Shown in pieces: positions 28,836-38,539 of a stretch of DNA of 64,000 nucleotides (the stretch's first letter is position 1; the number at the start of each line of letters is the position of its first letter). The position numbers and the translations under genes were made by a program. The DNA comes from a virus, in IMG/VR virus record IMGVR_UViG_3300032401_000010. One strand, given 5' to 3'. Under the pieces are notes generated by a model. It made no database searches. It worked only from the letters and a program-made list of their open reading frames with translations, and had not been told where the DNA came from.

Positions 28836-31055
28836 CTACCCAACTAGTTTAACCACGTCTGCCGAAAAGTCAAGTCCATTCGCTGCGTCCACAGCGTTAA
28901 TATAGTCGATAAGCGCCTTCTTGCCGACGTTATCGCTGCGAATTACCCACAAATCGATAAATCTGAGCAAAGAATACTTTGTAGTTACAACATTATGCAA
29001 CTTACAAAGATCAGTGTTATTGGCATCAGTCTTTTTTTCTATCTTACGACCTTCAACAAGATCTACGATAGCAATGATATCAGCAGACTCTTTGGATGAT
29101 TTATCTACTAGCTTAAGCTCGGAGATATATTTGCTCATCGGACTGTCTTCATGGAGCTTGCTCAAAAACTCAGTAACAAGCTTGATCATCATATCTTCTA
29201 AACGGAACCGCGATGCACTCTCAATATCGGCTCGCAGCTTATCGATATCCTCAAGCTGTTTAATTTCGTCCACCTTTTCCTGCAACACAACATGCAGTGG
29301 ACGCCAGTTCTTACCAAGGAACTTCTTGTCGGACTCACGCACCCCAATAATAGGATCATCATCGCCAAGAATTGTCTGAGCAAGACGAAGGTTTTCGATA
29401 GTATAGGAATGATTATTATCGGAAGACGGTTTACCCTTATTGTTACCATGGAGCATAACATATGTTCCAGAACCACCATTCTTAATAAGAGTATGTGGCT
29501 CCCAATGATTATCACATTTGCGATTGCTTCTATATGAAAGATCAAATATAAAGCCGTCGAAATCTTCACGACGCTTTGCTCGCTCAAGCTTCTTTCTATC
29601 ACGAATCTCTTTCGGAATGTGAACAACAGAAATGCGGTCATCACAGATTAGGGTTATGTCAAACCCAATATCAACTCCCGAACTACTCTTAGCATTGCGC
29701 CAACGTTCAATACCGGCTTCAACGTTGCCATCAGCGAATGTAATAACCTGAACTTGTTTAATGGCCTTATCAGCAAGAATGATCTTAATGCGATCATGAG
29801 AAACACGTTCGGTAGTAAGATCATTGAAGTAAATGATGCTTTCGTCAGCAACCACTAACTTTGATTCTTGTTTTTTGCTCAAATATTCATTATATTTGCG
29901 ACCCTTTTGCATAAAAAAACTATAAACACTAACGCCAATATCACCAGGAAGATTGAACACAATGTTCTTTACACTGTGACCGTTCCACAACGGGTTAAAA
30001 TTATTCGGCAAAGCACATGCTAGTGTATTGCAAAACTTGTTATAGTAAAGAACTGCGTCCCAATACGATTCATTATTCTCAATTTTCTGCTGAAGATTGA
30101 TGGCAATTTCATTACGGGCCTTCTCAAGCTTACCCAGAATTTGTGCCTGCGTCTTATCATCATACTGAAGCTGTTCTCTGTTGGCCGAAGGTGTAAGTTC
30201 GCCAATATTGAAATACAATCTTAGTTTCTTTGAAAGAAGATCTCTATCCTTAGTAGAAATATTACGAATATGATTAATGTTAATTGGATAACTCATGCCA
30301 TCCAAAATGATTTTTGCAAGGCTATTATAACCATAATTCTCTCTATTACTAGAAGAATACAGCTTCCAATCATCACCTTGCAAAACATCAGCGCCTTCGA
30401 TTTCCCATGCCGGAAGGGGATCGAGTCCGGTCAGAATGGGCCTAACACTATTTGGAACATCATCCCAATATTGAGTTGCAGCAATGGTAGCCGCAATGAA
30501 TGACTGGATATCTCGCTGTTCTACAGGAACGCTAATCTCGGTTCCGCAAGGCTCTGAGGTTTCAGATTCATATACAAGGCGAAGAGAACCTTGCTCAGAT
30601 TCATCAATGTGGGCAATGTATGCTCGCTTGATATTTACCCCGGTTTCGTTTGTGATAGTAACGATTGAAAACTGATTGGTTTTAGCGAATGGCGTCTTAC
30701 TTCCAAGCCCAAAACCACCAGTCTGAATATTATCGTTTCGCTTAGTAGATTGTCCATATCCAAGGTAAACATTCTCAATAATATCAGGAGTGATACCAGG
30801 ACCAAAATCCCTTACCTTCCAATTCCTATCAAGGATGTTTGGAAGATGAATCTGGATAGGCTTATCATTCCCTACTACACGATGAGCATCCCGTGCATTA
30901 CAAGTAATTTCGCGACAGATAGCATTGATAGGATCCGAATACAACATCTCCCGAAGGATCTTCATGACCATCCCGAGATTACCAATACGGAAAGACGACT
31001 GCTTGAGAGTTTGCCCGCCCATTTCAATGTGGCTGTTATTGTCTTCGATTTTCAT
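28836..31055 (-). CDS. GHKL (HSP90/histidine-kinase-like) ATPase protein, rIIA-like
   Basis: N box EITCNARDAH, G1 box DFGPGI and G2 box GGFGLGSK. Length 739 aa, close to T4 rIIA. A good TTGACA-N16-TATTCT promoter and an AGGAG site lie upstream. Confidence 0.55.
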   Translation of the reverse strand: MKIEDNNSHIEMGGQTLKQSSFRIGNLGMVMKILREMLYSDPINAICREITCNARDAHRVVGNDKPIQIHLPNILDRNWKVRDFGPGITPDIIENVYLGYGQSTKRNDNIQTGGFGLGSKTPFAKTNQFSIVTITNETGVNIKRAYIAHIDESEQGSLRLVYESETSEPCGTEISVPVEQRDIQSFIAATIAATQYWDDVPNSVRPILTGLDPLPAWEIEGADVLQGDDWKLYSSSNRENYGYNSLAKIILDGMSYPININHIRNISTKDRDLLSKKLRLYFNIGELTPSANREQLQYDDKTQAQILGKLEKARNEIAINLQQKIENNESYWDAVLYYNKFCNTLACALPNNFNPLWNGHSVKNIVFNLPGDIGVSVYSFFMQKGRKYNEYLSKKQESKLVVADESIIYFNDLTTERVSHDRIKIILADKAIKQVQVITFADGNVEAGIERWRNAKSSSGVDIGFDITLICDDRISVVHIPKEIRDRKKLERAKRREDFDGFIFDLSYRSNRKCDNHWEPHTLIKNGGSGTYVMLHGNNKGKPSSDNNHSYTIENLRLAQTILGDDDPIIGVRESDKKFLGKNWRPLHVVLQEKVDEIKQLEDIDKLRADIESASRFRLEDMMIKLVTEFLSKLHEDSPMSKYISELKLVDKSSKESADIIAIVDLVEGRKIEKKTDANNTDLCKLHNVVTTKYSLLRFIDLWVIRSDNVGKKALIDYINAVDAANGLDFSADVVKLVG
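28846..28873 (-). promoter_or_regulatory. sigma70-like promoter (TTGACT-N16-TAAACT) inside the 3' end of the rIIA-like gene, driving the rIIB-like gene
   Basis: Minus-strand read: TTGACT-TTTCGGCAGACGTGGT-TAAACT, then AGGAGAAAC and the ATG. Confidence 0.5.
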
Positions 31056-31074
31056 GTCAATTGCTCCTGTATTT

Positions 31075-31103
31075 AGAATAAGGCGCGCAGCTTAAATGTC
31101 AAG
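31075..31103 (-). promoter_or_regulatory. sigma70-like promoter (TTGACA-N16-TATTCT) for the rIIA-like gene
   Basis: Minus-strand read: CTTGACA-TTTAAGCTGCGCGCCT-TATTCT, followed by a 20-nt leader with AGGAG, then the ATG. Confidence 0.55.
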
Positions 31104-31224
31104 GCTCGGTCTGGCCAAAAGTGACGCTCTTTATATGAGCCCATTCTTGGCACTGACACAAGCTTAACCAACACCAAGCACGAGCTTGAAAGTCAAAAAA
31201 ATTAACGCGCCTCATTCTTATCTC

Positions 31225-32925
31225 CTAAGTTTTCTTCATTGTCATAGAGAAAATCTGATTTCCTCTGCCAATAAGCACCTGAGCACCATAGCTAAACAGT
31301 TTCATATCACCTGTAACAGCTGTATCATCGATCACTCTTAGAGCGCTAGAATCCTTTTTGTTATGAAACACTTCAATATCTTCATCATCATTTAAGTGAA
31401 TACATACTCCGTTATCTAAGGCCGCAAAGTTGATACCAGAAGTATATGTAATGTTGTCAATCTTCCTAATGTCATATGTTTTAAAATCATCAGCGAACCT
31501 AAATATTAACTTATCGTATTGAGATTTGTTATCAATACAAACAACCATAAGAATTTTGCTTGAATATTTAGCGTCTATAATACGATAATGATCAAGTTCT
31601 TTGATATGAATTTGTTCATGATGAGTAGATGCCGGAAATATAGAAACATAAATTGCGCCAAGTAAGTTTTGAATTAGAACTCCATCAAATACTTTTGAGG
31701 CATGCTCCATAATCTGTGCAACTATAACTGGCGATGCAATAATATTATTTCCGACTTCAATCAATTGAATCTCAACTAAGTCTGTGCTATTTTTTATATA
31801 AAGTCTTCCATTACAATCCATAACATCTGTAGCAAACAAATCTAGAATAATATCGCCGCCAGTGATAGCATTTTTTAATTTGAGGCGATTATTTTCTGTA
31901 TAAGCAACTACTGGGTGTTGATTTTTATTTGTTATACCAATTTTCGCTGATACAGGAATATTTCTTAGAGCAATCTTGTCATTCAACAATAAATTTCCGT
32001 TATCCAATAAAATTGCTTTAGTAGATCCTATCCAGGCGGTCTCAATAATATTTCCGATGAACTCAAATAATTGTTTGATATCAAAATTATTACTACCAAC
32101 AGTTTTGTGAACGGTGGTTATAATTTGTGCAACAGCATTCAAATCAATTGGAGGAGGTAAACGTTTTCCATCTTCCAATATTGCTTTGAACCACTTGCGA
32201 TAAATTTCTGGTATCACATCAAATGGTAAGCATGATTTTGGAATTGATACATCAGAATTAAATATTGATATGTTTTGTTTCATACGATCATCAAAATCTT
32301 TTACAGCAGTATGTTTTCCTTTGTACGGATGTATTCCAATCATCAACATCATTCCAATTACAGCAAAAGAAAACCAATCAGTCTCTTTGCTGAACTTAGT
32401 TGAATGACGATCTCTTATGTTATCCATAATTACAGTAGCAGGATAACTAAAAGTTTGATAACTATCTACATCAATAGCATAAATCTCATCAAATTTTTGA
32501 GAAGAAAGAAAGTTTAATTCATTTAAATCAACAATAAGAACATTATGTTCATGGATATGTTGCACAATTTCTTGAAGTTTTCTTAGAAGATCAAGAGATA
32601 TCTTTGGAGATATTCCGTTTCTGTCACGAAAACTCTTGGTAAACAACTGGCACAATGCGTATGTATCGGAAACATAACGCATTGTATAACCAATAGGGGC
32701 ACCATTAGTTGTATTAGAATTGATAACTTGTTCTGGTTTAATAATATTTGGATGTTTTAAACTGGACAGCTCTTGTATTTTACCAAGAGGGATCATGTTC
32801 TTTGGATCTTGGTAAATCTTAAAAGCAGTATTGCCTTGAATATAAATATCTCCCTGACCTCCTGAAGCAAGGAAGTCACGATTGGTAAGAGAAATATCAC
32901 CTTTGCCTTTTACGAAGATTTTCAT
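31225..32925 (-). CDS. protein kinase-like protein (atypical Ser/Thr kinase fold) with C-terminal beta-rich domain
   Basis: Glycine-loop-like ASGGQGDIY, an AFKIY lysine region and a catalytic-loop-like HNVLIVDLNELN. Confidence 0.45.
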   Translation of the reverse strand: MKIFVKGKGDISLTNRDFLASGGQGDIYIQGNTAFKIYQDPKNMIPLGKIQELSSLKHPNIIKPEQVINSNTTNGAPIGYTMRYVSDTYALCQLFTKSFRDRNGISPKISLDLLRKLQEIVQHIHEHNVLIVDLNELNFLSSQKFDEIYAIDVDSYQTFSYPATVIMDNIRDRHSTKFSKETDWFSFAVIGMMLMIGIHPYKGKHTAVKDFDDRMKQNISIFNSDVSIPKSCLPFDVIPEIYRKWFKAILEDGKRLPPPIDLNAVAQIITTVHKTVGSNNFDIKQLFEFIGNIIETAWIGSTKAILLDNGNLLLNDKIALRNIPVSAKIGITNKNQHPVVAYTENNRLKLKNAITGGDIILDLFATDVMDCNGRLYIKNSTDLVEIQLIEVGNNIIASPVIVAQIMEHASKVFDGVLIQNLLGAIYVSIFPASTHHEQIHIKELDHYRIIDAKYSSKILMVVCIDNKSQYDKLIFRFADDFKTYDIRKIDNITYTSGINFAALDNGVCIHLNDDEDIEVFHNKKDSSALRVIDDTAVTGDMKLFSYGAQVLIGRGNQIFSMTMKKT

Positions 32926-32928
32926 TTC

Positions 32929-33126
32929 TCAATTTCCGTAAAGGGCTTCAGATATTTTATCTATTAAATCTCGTTCAACATTAGATATTTTCCAATAAGG
33001 CTTATCCATTTGATCTCTAATAACATCGGCTTCATGTTCGTCACCTCTTCCTGTCGCCATAAGAACATTAAGATCTAATAACAATCTCAGATATTTTTCA
33101 AATGGTTTATTCATTTTCGTCCTCAA
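32929..33126 (-). CDS. hypothetical small protein
   Basis: 65-aa ORF. Confidence 0.3.
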   Translation of the reverse strand: MRTKMNKPFEKYLRLLLDLNVLMATGRGDEHEADVIRDQMDKPYWKISNVERDLIDKISEALYGN

Positions 33127-34816
33127 AAGAAGTTAGAGCATCATGGTATTCATCGCGCTCTCTTAATATTTTTTGCGCTTTTGCCAGACCTCCATTGTCT
33201 GGAAGCAAAGCTCTCTTAGGATTTGGCAAGATCATCGCTAAGTAAAACGCTTGTTCCTCGGTTAATTGACTTACTTGGCAATGAAAATAATGATCGGCGG
33301 CTCTCTCAATTCCGTATACATCACTTCCGAATTCGATTACATTTAAATATAGCTCAAGAATTTGTTCCTTGGTCAAACATTTTTCGAGAGGTATCGTTAA
33401 AAATATCTCATGTATTTTTCTGAGCAGAGTTTTTTCTCTGGTGAGCCACAAATTTTTTGCTAACTGCATTGTAATTGTGGATCCGCCGCGCATAAAACGA
33501 CCCAATTGTAAATTAGCAATGAGCGAATTTTGAATTGCTGAATCCAAAACTCCATTGTGTTTATAAAATCCTCGGTCTTCTAATGTAACAAATGCATTAG
33601 TTACATAAATCGGAATGTATTGTAATGGCAACCAACCTGTTCCAGCTGGATTAGCATCATTTCCTTTGATAATTAATCTTTGGTTGCGATTGCCTTTAGA
33701 GTCATAGGCCATATAGCTTACAACATTTTCTTGCAAGAACAACCCGTTACAAGTTTCCCAAGAACATTTATATCTTGGAGGCATTGTAATCGGAGGTTTA
33801 GAACAAGCGTAGTCACATTTGTTCTTCAAAGTAAATATAGGTTTTGGTTTTATTTGAATCTCAAATGATAAATCACCAGAGTAATTTCCAATCGTTTGCT
33901 TTAAAGCGTCCGGTAAAGGCTCTGGTAATATGGATACCCATGTGTTGCAACTTTGGGTTCCGCTTACATGATAGTTAGTTAAATCGATATCAAGATGAAC
34001 ATAATCTTCTGACCAACCTAATACAGCATCAATTTTATTTAATGATTTAATAAATGTGACAGCAACATTTTTGAATATCACCGACTCAGTAGAGATCCAC
34101 GGATGATTTATCGTTAAAAATTCTGATTCAAATGATATGTCAGAGCCATTTTTAACTGCTGTAATGTTTTTAAATTCAGCTGGTCCTAATTTAATGTTGC
34201 CAGCTTTAATTAATTCTGATTCCTTGTGTGCATAAAAATTATTAATAGTTATCTTTTGATAGCTATCTATCTTCGGAAGTTTGAAAGGAATAGTAATATC
34301 TGTTTCTAATTTTGAAATTCTAATAGATTTATCATCCTTAATTATATTTCCATCGAATGCTAAAATATGTTTGCCGTGGTATATAATATCTGCGTCATCA
34401 AAATGAGCAATGCCATTTAAATATGAAACGTTATGAAGAGTAGCTTTGTCATCTCCTTTTATAATGTATACTTGAAAATTAGATACAGTTATATTATTTA
34501 GAATGGACGCCTGAGTTGTTCCACTTTTTGTTTCACCTGGGTTGATGAACAAATTAACTCTGCCATCTATTATGGAAATTGGATTATAAAAACTGATAAT
34601 AACATTAATTGCTTTGGCATTAATGTTATTACGTTTAATATCTACATTTTTAGCAGCCAAGCAAATTAATAAGCCTGGATCATAACAATTTGTTGTATAT
34701 TTTATTTCTCCGATTGATACTTTATATTTGTTCTCAATATATTTTTTGGCAAGCGATGGAGCAGCGGCTATTAAACCGGCCGTCACCAAAATACTTATTA
34801 TGAATTTCTTATTCAT
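33107..34816 (-). CDS. secreted protein with C-terminal peptidoglycan glycosyltransferase (GT51, PBP transglycosylase-like) domain
   Basis: Signal peptide MNKKFIISILVTAGLIAAAPSLA. GT51 motifs EDRGFYKHNGV (EDxxFxxHxG) and RGGSTITMQLAKN (GGSTITQQ). Confidence 0.6.
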   Translation of the reverse strand: MNKKFIISILVTAGLIAAAPSLAKKYIENKYKVSIGEIKYTTNCYDPGLLICLAAKNVDIKRNNINAKAINVIISFYNPISIIDGRVNLFINPGETKSGTTQASILNNITVSNFQVYIIKGDDKATLHNVSYLNGIAHFDDADIIYHGKHILAFDGNIIKDDKSIRISKLETDITIPFKLPKIDSYQKITINNFYAHKESELIKAGNIKLGPAEFKNITAVKNGSDISFESEFLTINHPWISTESVIFKNVAVTFIKSLNKIDAVLGWSEDYVHLDIDLTNYHVSGTQSCNTWVSILPEPLPDALKQTIGNYSGDLSFEIQIKPKPIFTLKNKCDYACSKPPITMPPRYKCSWETCNGLFLQENVVSYMAYDSKGNRNQRLIIKGNDANPAGTGWLPLQYIPIYVTNAFVTLEDRGFYKHNGVLDSAIQNSLIANLQLGRFMRGGSTITMQLAKNLWLTREKTLLRKIHEIFLTIPLEKCLTKEQILELYLNVIEFGSDVYGIERAADHYFHCQVSQLTEEQAFYLAMILPNPKRALLPDNGGLAKAQKILRERDEYHDALTSFEDENE

Positions 34817-36734
34817 TAGGCATCAATTCTTTTAGCTCTTCAATTAGTCCGCTAGAAAGAACAGGCCAGCGGCACCAAGTCTTTGGGTCAAGATTCTCGT
34901 CATCATAATGAAAACTTACAGCATATCGTTCGCGCTTCCATTGGTTTCTACACCACAAAGTAAAGAACTTTATAATCCATTTCCTAGCTTGCTCCTCAGT
35001 CATATCACCTGACTGCATAAGTAATTGAAAAATTTCTACCGGAGATCTCTTATCTCTAATAGAAAGCTTTTCAATCTTATCCAAAACAGGATATGGCATC
35101 AAATCATCTTCATCAGACTGTTTCTTATCTGCTGGACGAAGCTCTGCCGTTGGAACAAGCTCCTTAACAACGGACTTTAATCCAGGCCACTTTCTTTCAT
35201 TTATATATCCTCGCTCGCCTCGTTCGTAAACATAAGATAACCATTCAAGAATGAACGCTTTATCAATACCAGCGATAGGGCTTAGACCACCGCAAGTATC
35301 CCCATCCATCGTAGCATACCCTACAGCCGCTTCGCTTCTGTTGCTTGTGGATATTAGGAGTGAGCCATTGATATTAGCAAGCATCCAAATGCCAGGAGCC
35401 CTTGCCCGAGCCTGAATATTTTGCAAAGCAATATCATTTTCTTCCCAATTCAATTGTTTACCAGTAGCAAATTCAATCTTGTCAGTATAAGATTTAATTA
35501 CATCATCAACCGACCAGTTAATAAAATTGGCCTCAATACTTTCTGCTAAGCTCTTTGCGCTATGGAAAGTATCTACCCCGCTATTCTTTGTCCCTTGATA
35601 TACGCAAGTTAGCATCTTATTGAATTGCACTTTATGCAAATCGTTTTCTGCTAACTTATCATACATCATTCGAATAAGAACTGCGCAAGCCGAAGAATCA
35701 GCACCTCCACTTAATGATAACATGAAGCCACTCGAATGTGACTTCCTCATATAATCCCACAAGCCAAGAGTTGCGGCTTTAGCAAACTCTTCGTGCTTAG
35801 AAAAGCTTTGATTCAATATTTTATTACCAACTGCTTGCTTTACACTCCAATGTTCCTTAAATCCATTTACACTTGCTACTACGCACCCATCACTAAAGAC
35901 CGGTTTGAAACTGGCAAGCTTTGTTTGTAGAACCCTTGTTTTATCTATGTCAACTACTGCTGCGCACAAGGTGTAGTTTTTGAAAGAAAACCTTTCTCCG
36001 CATGCAACAATTTCTCCGGCAGAACCAATAATAGTATCACCTTCGTATATTGCTCTTCCTGCTTCGTTACCAAGCAGGTTTGAATATACATATGTTACAT
36101 TTTGAGAACGCGAGCCTTCAAGTACGAATCGCTTTCGAATCTCATGCTTTCCAAATGCAAAGTGAGATGCGCTGGGGTTTAAAATGATATCAGCGCCACG
36201 TCTTGATAGATCAATACCTGGACGATCTACGACCCAAGCATCCTCGCATATTTCGAATCCAACAAATATTCCGCCAATATTAAATATCAAATCACCAATA
36301 GGCGGAGCACCAGTAGTAGAATCTAATATCTGACCTTTTGGCCAAGGTTTAAACCATCTTGGCTCATAATGAATTCCATCGCCAGCAAGATGTTGCTTTG
36401 GAACGATGCCGAGAATCTGACCACGATGAACAAGTGCTACACAATTATAAAGGGCATTCCCTATATTTAATGGGAAGCCGATAGAGAATATTACATCAAG
36501 ATTTTTTGTTTGATTAACAATATCTGTTAAAACAGCCTGGGCCGTGTCCTGAACGAACGGGGCTTGAAAGGCGTCTTCGCAACCGTATCCAGTAATGCAA
36601 AGCTCTGGCAAACATAGTAAACGAACGTACTCCCTTTCTGCCTCGTTGATAACAGCCAGAATATTCTTTTGGTTGCCAGCCCAATCAAGAGGGGTTTGAT
36701 TCAAAGCCGCAGCAGCAACCCTAATCCTTTTCAT
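34809..36734 (-). CDS. nadE: glutamine-dependent NAD+ synthetase (NadE with N-terminal nitrilase/CN-hydrolase domain)
   Basis: CN-hydrolase start (RVAAAALNQTPLDWAGNQKNI ... catalytic Cys in FEICED) and the NAD-synthetase PP-loop SLSGGADSS. Confidence 0.8.
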   Translation of the reverse strand: MKRIRVAAAALNQTPLDWAGNQKNILAVINEAEREYVRLLCLPELCITGYGCEDAFQAPFVQDTAQAVLTDIVNQTKNLDVIFSIGFPLNIGNALYNCVALVHRGQILGIVPKQHLAGDGIHYEPRWFKPWPKGQILDSTTGAPPIGDLIFNIGGIFVGFEICEDAWVVDRPGIDLSRRGADIILNPSASHFAFGKHEIRKRFVLEGSRSQNVTYVYSNLLGNEAGRAIYEGDTIIGSAGEIVACGERFSFKNYTLCAAVVDIDKTRVLQTKLASFKPVFSDGCVVASVNGFKEHWSVKQAVGNKILNQSFSKHEEFAKAATLGLWDYMRKSHSSGFMLSLSGGADSSACAVLIRMMYDKLAENDLHKVQFNKMLTCVYQGTKNSGVDTFHSAKSLAESIEANFINWSVDDVIKSYTDKIEFATGKQLNWEENDIALQNIQARARAPGIWMLANINGSLLISTSNRSEAAVGYATMDGDTCGGLSPIAGIDKAFILEWLSYVYERGERGYINERKWPGLKSVVKELVPTAELRPADKKQSDEDDLMPYPVLDKIEKLSIRDKRSPVEIFQLLMQSGDMTEEQARKWIIKFFTLWCRNQWKRERYAVSFHYDDENLDPKTWCRWPVLSSGLIEELKELMPNE

Positions 36735-37575
36735 AATGAATTCCTGCCATGGATAGATCGTCCATATTTGACCAATTCCATTTGGCCGAGTCTTTCATAA
36801 ACCGTTTCATACGCCTAGCTATAAACTGGCCATTATATCCCTTAAAATCAAGTAGCTCAGGTAAAATTCTTTCGATACCCATTTGATGATTAACTACGCT
36901 GGTATCGGTTATTATCTTCTCTTGAAAAGAATGAATGCCATCAGAAGTTGTTAGAATTGTATGATACCCTTCTTCACTATCATCAAAGTAACCATCTTCA
37001 ATATACGGGATTCCTTTTGTATCTATAACCGGATTTGATACGGATTCCCAAGTTAAAGACTGATTAAAAATATATTTAGTAATGGTTCTTTCTAACCCAT
37101 ATGTTTTGATATAACCTTTTTCTCGTTCACGATCAAGTTTATATGAAAGATAATACGGGGCTCCAGATTTATATTCTATGTCTGTTATTTCTATTTTATT
37201 GTCATTGCGAATCTTTATTATTGTTCCGTCACCGATACAAGACGCATACCATTTGCAATGCTTACCTGTATCAAACGCAGTTACTTTTAAAAGAGTAGCA
37301 TCTAAACAAGAGCTATTCAAATTTAAATCAAAACAAACTTTCGCGGCGCTATCTATTTCATTGGTCAAAGACGAATAAGGAAGAAGTAATCGCTCAGCAA
37401 CTTTGGCTAAAAGTCTTGCTCCAATATCTGTGTCTTTAGAAGAAGAACAGCCATCACAAAGAATGGCATAAACATAGTTAATCGGATCAGCATAAGCAAT
37501 TGAGCCGGCAACAGCAAAATCTTCACATACATCGTGAGTTTTGCCTATGTAAAAATAGCGATCTGCGTTTAACAT
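36721..37575 (-). CDS. PP2C-family (PPM) protein phosphatase-like
   Basis: ILCDGCSS (DGHGG-like), CIGDGTII (GDSR-like) and TSDGIHS (TDG-like) motifs in the canonical order. Confidence 0.45.
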   Translation of the reverse strand: MLNADRYFYIGKTHDVCEDFAVAGSIAYADPINYVYAILCDGCSSSKDTDIGARLLAKVAERLLLPYSSLTNEIDSAAKVCFDLNLNSSCLDATLLKVTAFDTGKHCKWYASCIGDGTIIKIRNDNKIEITDIEYKSGAPYYLSYKLDREREKGYIKTYGLERTITKYIFNQSLTWESVSNPVIDTKGIPYIEDGYFDDSEEGYHTILTTSDGIHSFQEKIITDTSVVNHQMGIERILPELLDFKGYNGQFIARRMKRFMKDSAKWNWSNMDDLSMAGIHYEKD

Positions 37576-37584
37576 TTTCTCCCA

Positions 37585-37989
37585 CTATGAAATAAATGTA
37601 TAATCTGGATCTAATCGAAATGGAGCCATTCCCATACATTGTATCATTGCCGCCATTCTTATTCTGCCGTCTTTAGTTTTTATTAACTCAGACACTATTT
37701 TTGCTTTCTCAGGATCTTTAAGAGCTGATTTTCTCCAGTTCTCTATAATATTGAATCTCCATGTTTTGGTATCACCGGCAAAACCAATACAATCGATATG
37801 CGGCTGATCATATACCAAAACGCTTTCACCTGTTTTGGCTACATGATCTGCTATATCGTCAATCATTTCCCAAAGACTTGCATACTCTACATCGGCCGTA
37901 GAATGTAATTCATTAGCTTTGGATAAAGCTTGAAATACAAATCCAATAAGACCTGTTGTTAATAGGCCCAGCAATGTTCGTCGTTTCAT
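37585..37989 (-). CDS. secreted hypothetical protein
   Basis: Signal peptide MKRRTLLGLLTTGLIGFVFQALSKA. Confidence 0.45.
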   Translation of the reverse strand: MKRRTLLGLLTTGLIGFVFQALSKANELHSTADVEYASLWEMIDDIADHVAKTGESVLVYDQPHIDCIGFAGDTKTWRFNIIENWRKSALKDPEKAKIVSELIKTKDGRIRMAAMIQCMGMAPFRLDPDYTFIS

Positions 37990-37990
37990 T

Positions 37991-38539
37991 TTAGAAGATT
38001 TCTGAATCAGGAATCACCGTCTGGAACTTCGACCTCGCTCCAAATCTAATTTTCCCAATCTGCTTATTTTCCAAAAGCCATCGCGGAGCAATCTTGCGAT
38101 CTTCTAAAGGAAGATGCTTTACAAGATTAGGCTTATCAGTAGAAACCGCAAGCTTCAAAGCCTGCACGAAAACTTCTCGAAGCCTCTTGCTATCTGTGGT
38201 TGCATTAAACTTCAGAACGCGAGCCCCACTATTAGCAAGCTGACTCAATGTTCTTGTCCTAGCAAACTTACTACTGAAGTTATCCAGCGGAGAACAGAAA
38301 GAAAAGGCCGCAAGATATTCGCTAGACTCCGAATTCCTTGGAGGACGTTTCAAAGCTACGCAAACTCGGCCACTACCATTACCTTCATATGTAGGAATAT
38401 GGAAATATCCAAAAACAATATCCCGACACTTTACTTCATTCACAAGAATTTCTTTTTCGTTCATTTTGATAACCCGTTTCTTTATTGTTTCTCGAAAAAT
38501 TACAAGCGCTACTAAAAGAATAATAAAAGACGTAAACAT
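37991..38539 (-). CDS. membrane-anchored hypothetical protein
   Basis: N-terminal transmembrane helix MFTSFIILLVALVIF. Confidence 0.45.
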   Translation of the reverse strand: MFTSFIILLVALVIFRETIKKRVIKMNEKEILVNEVKCRDIVFGYFHIPTYEGNGSGRVCVALKRPPRNSESSEYLAAFSFCSPLDNFSSKFARTRTLSQLANSGARVLKFNATTDSKRLREVFVQALKLAVSTDKPNLVKHLPLEDRKIAPRWLLENKQIGKIRFGARSKFQTVIPDSEIF

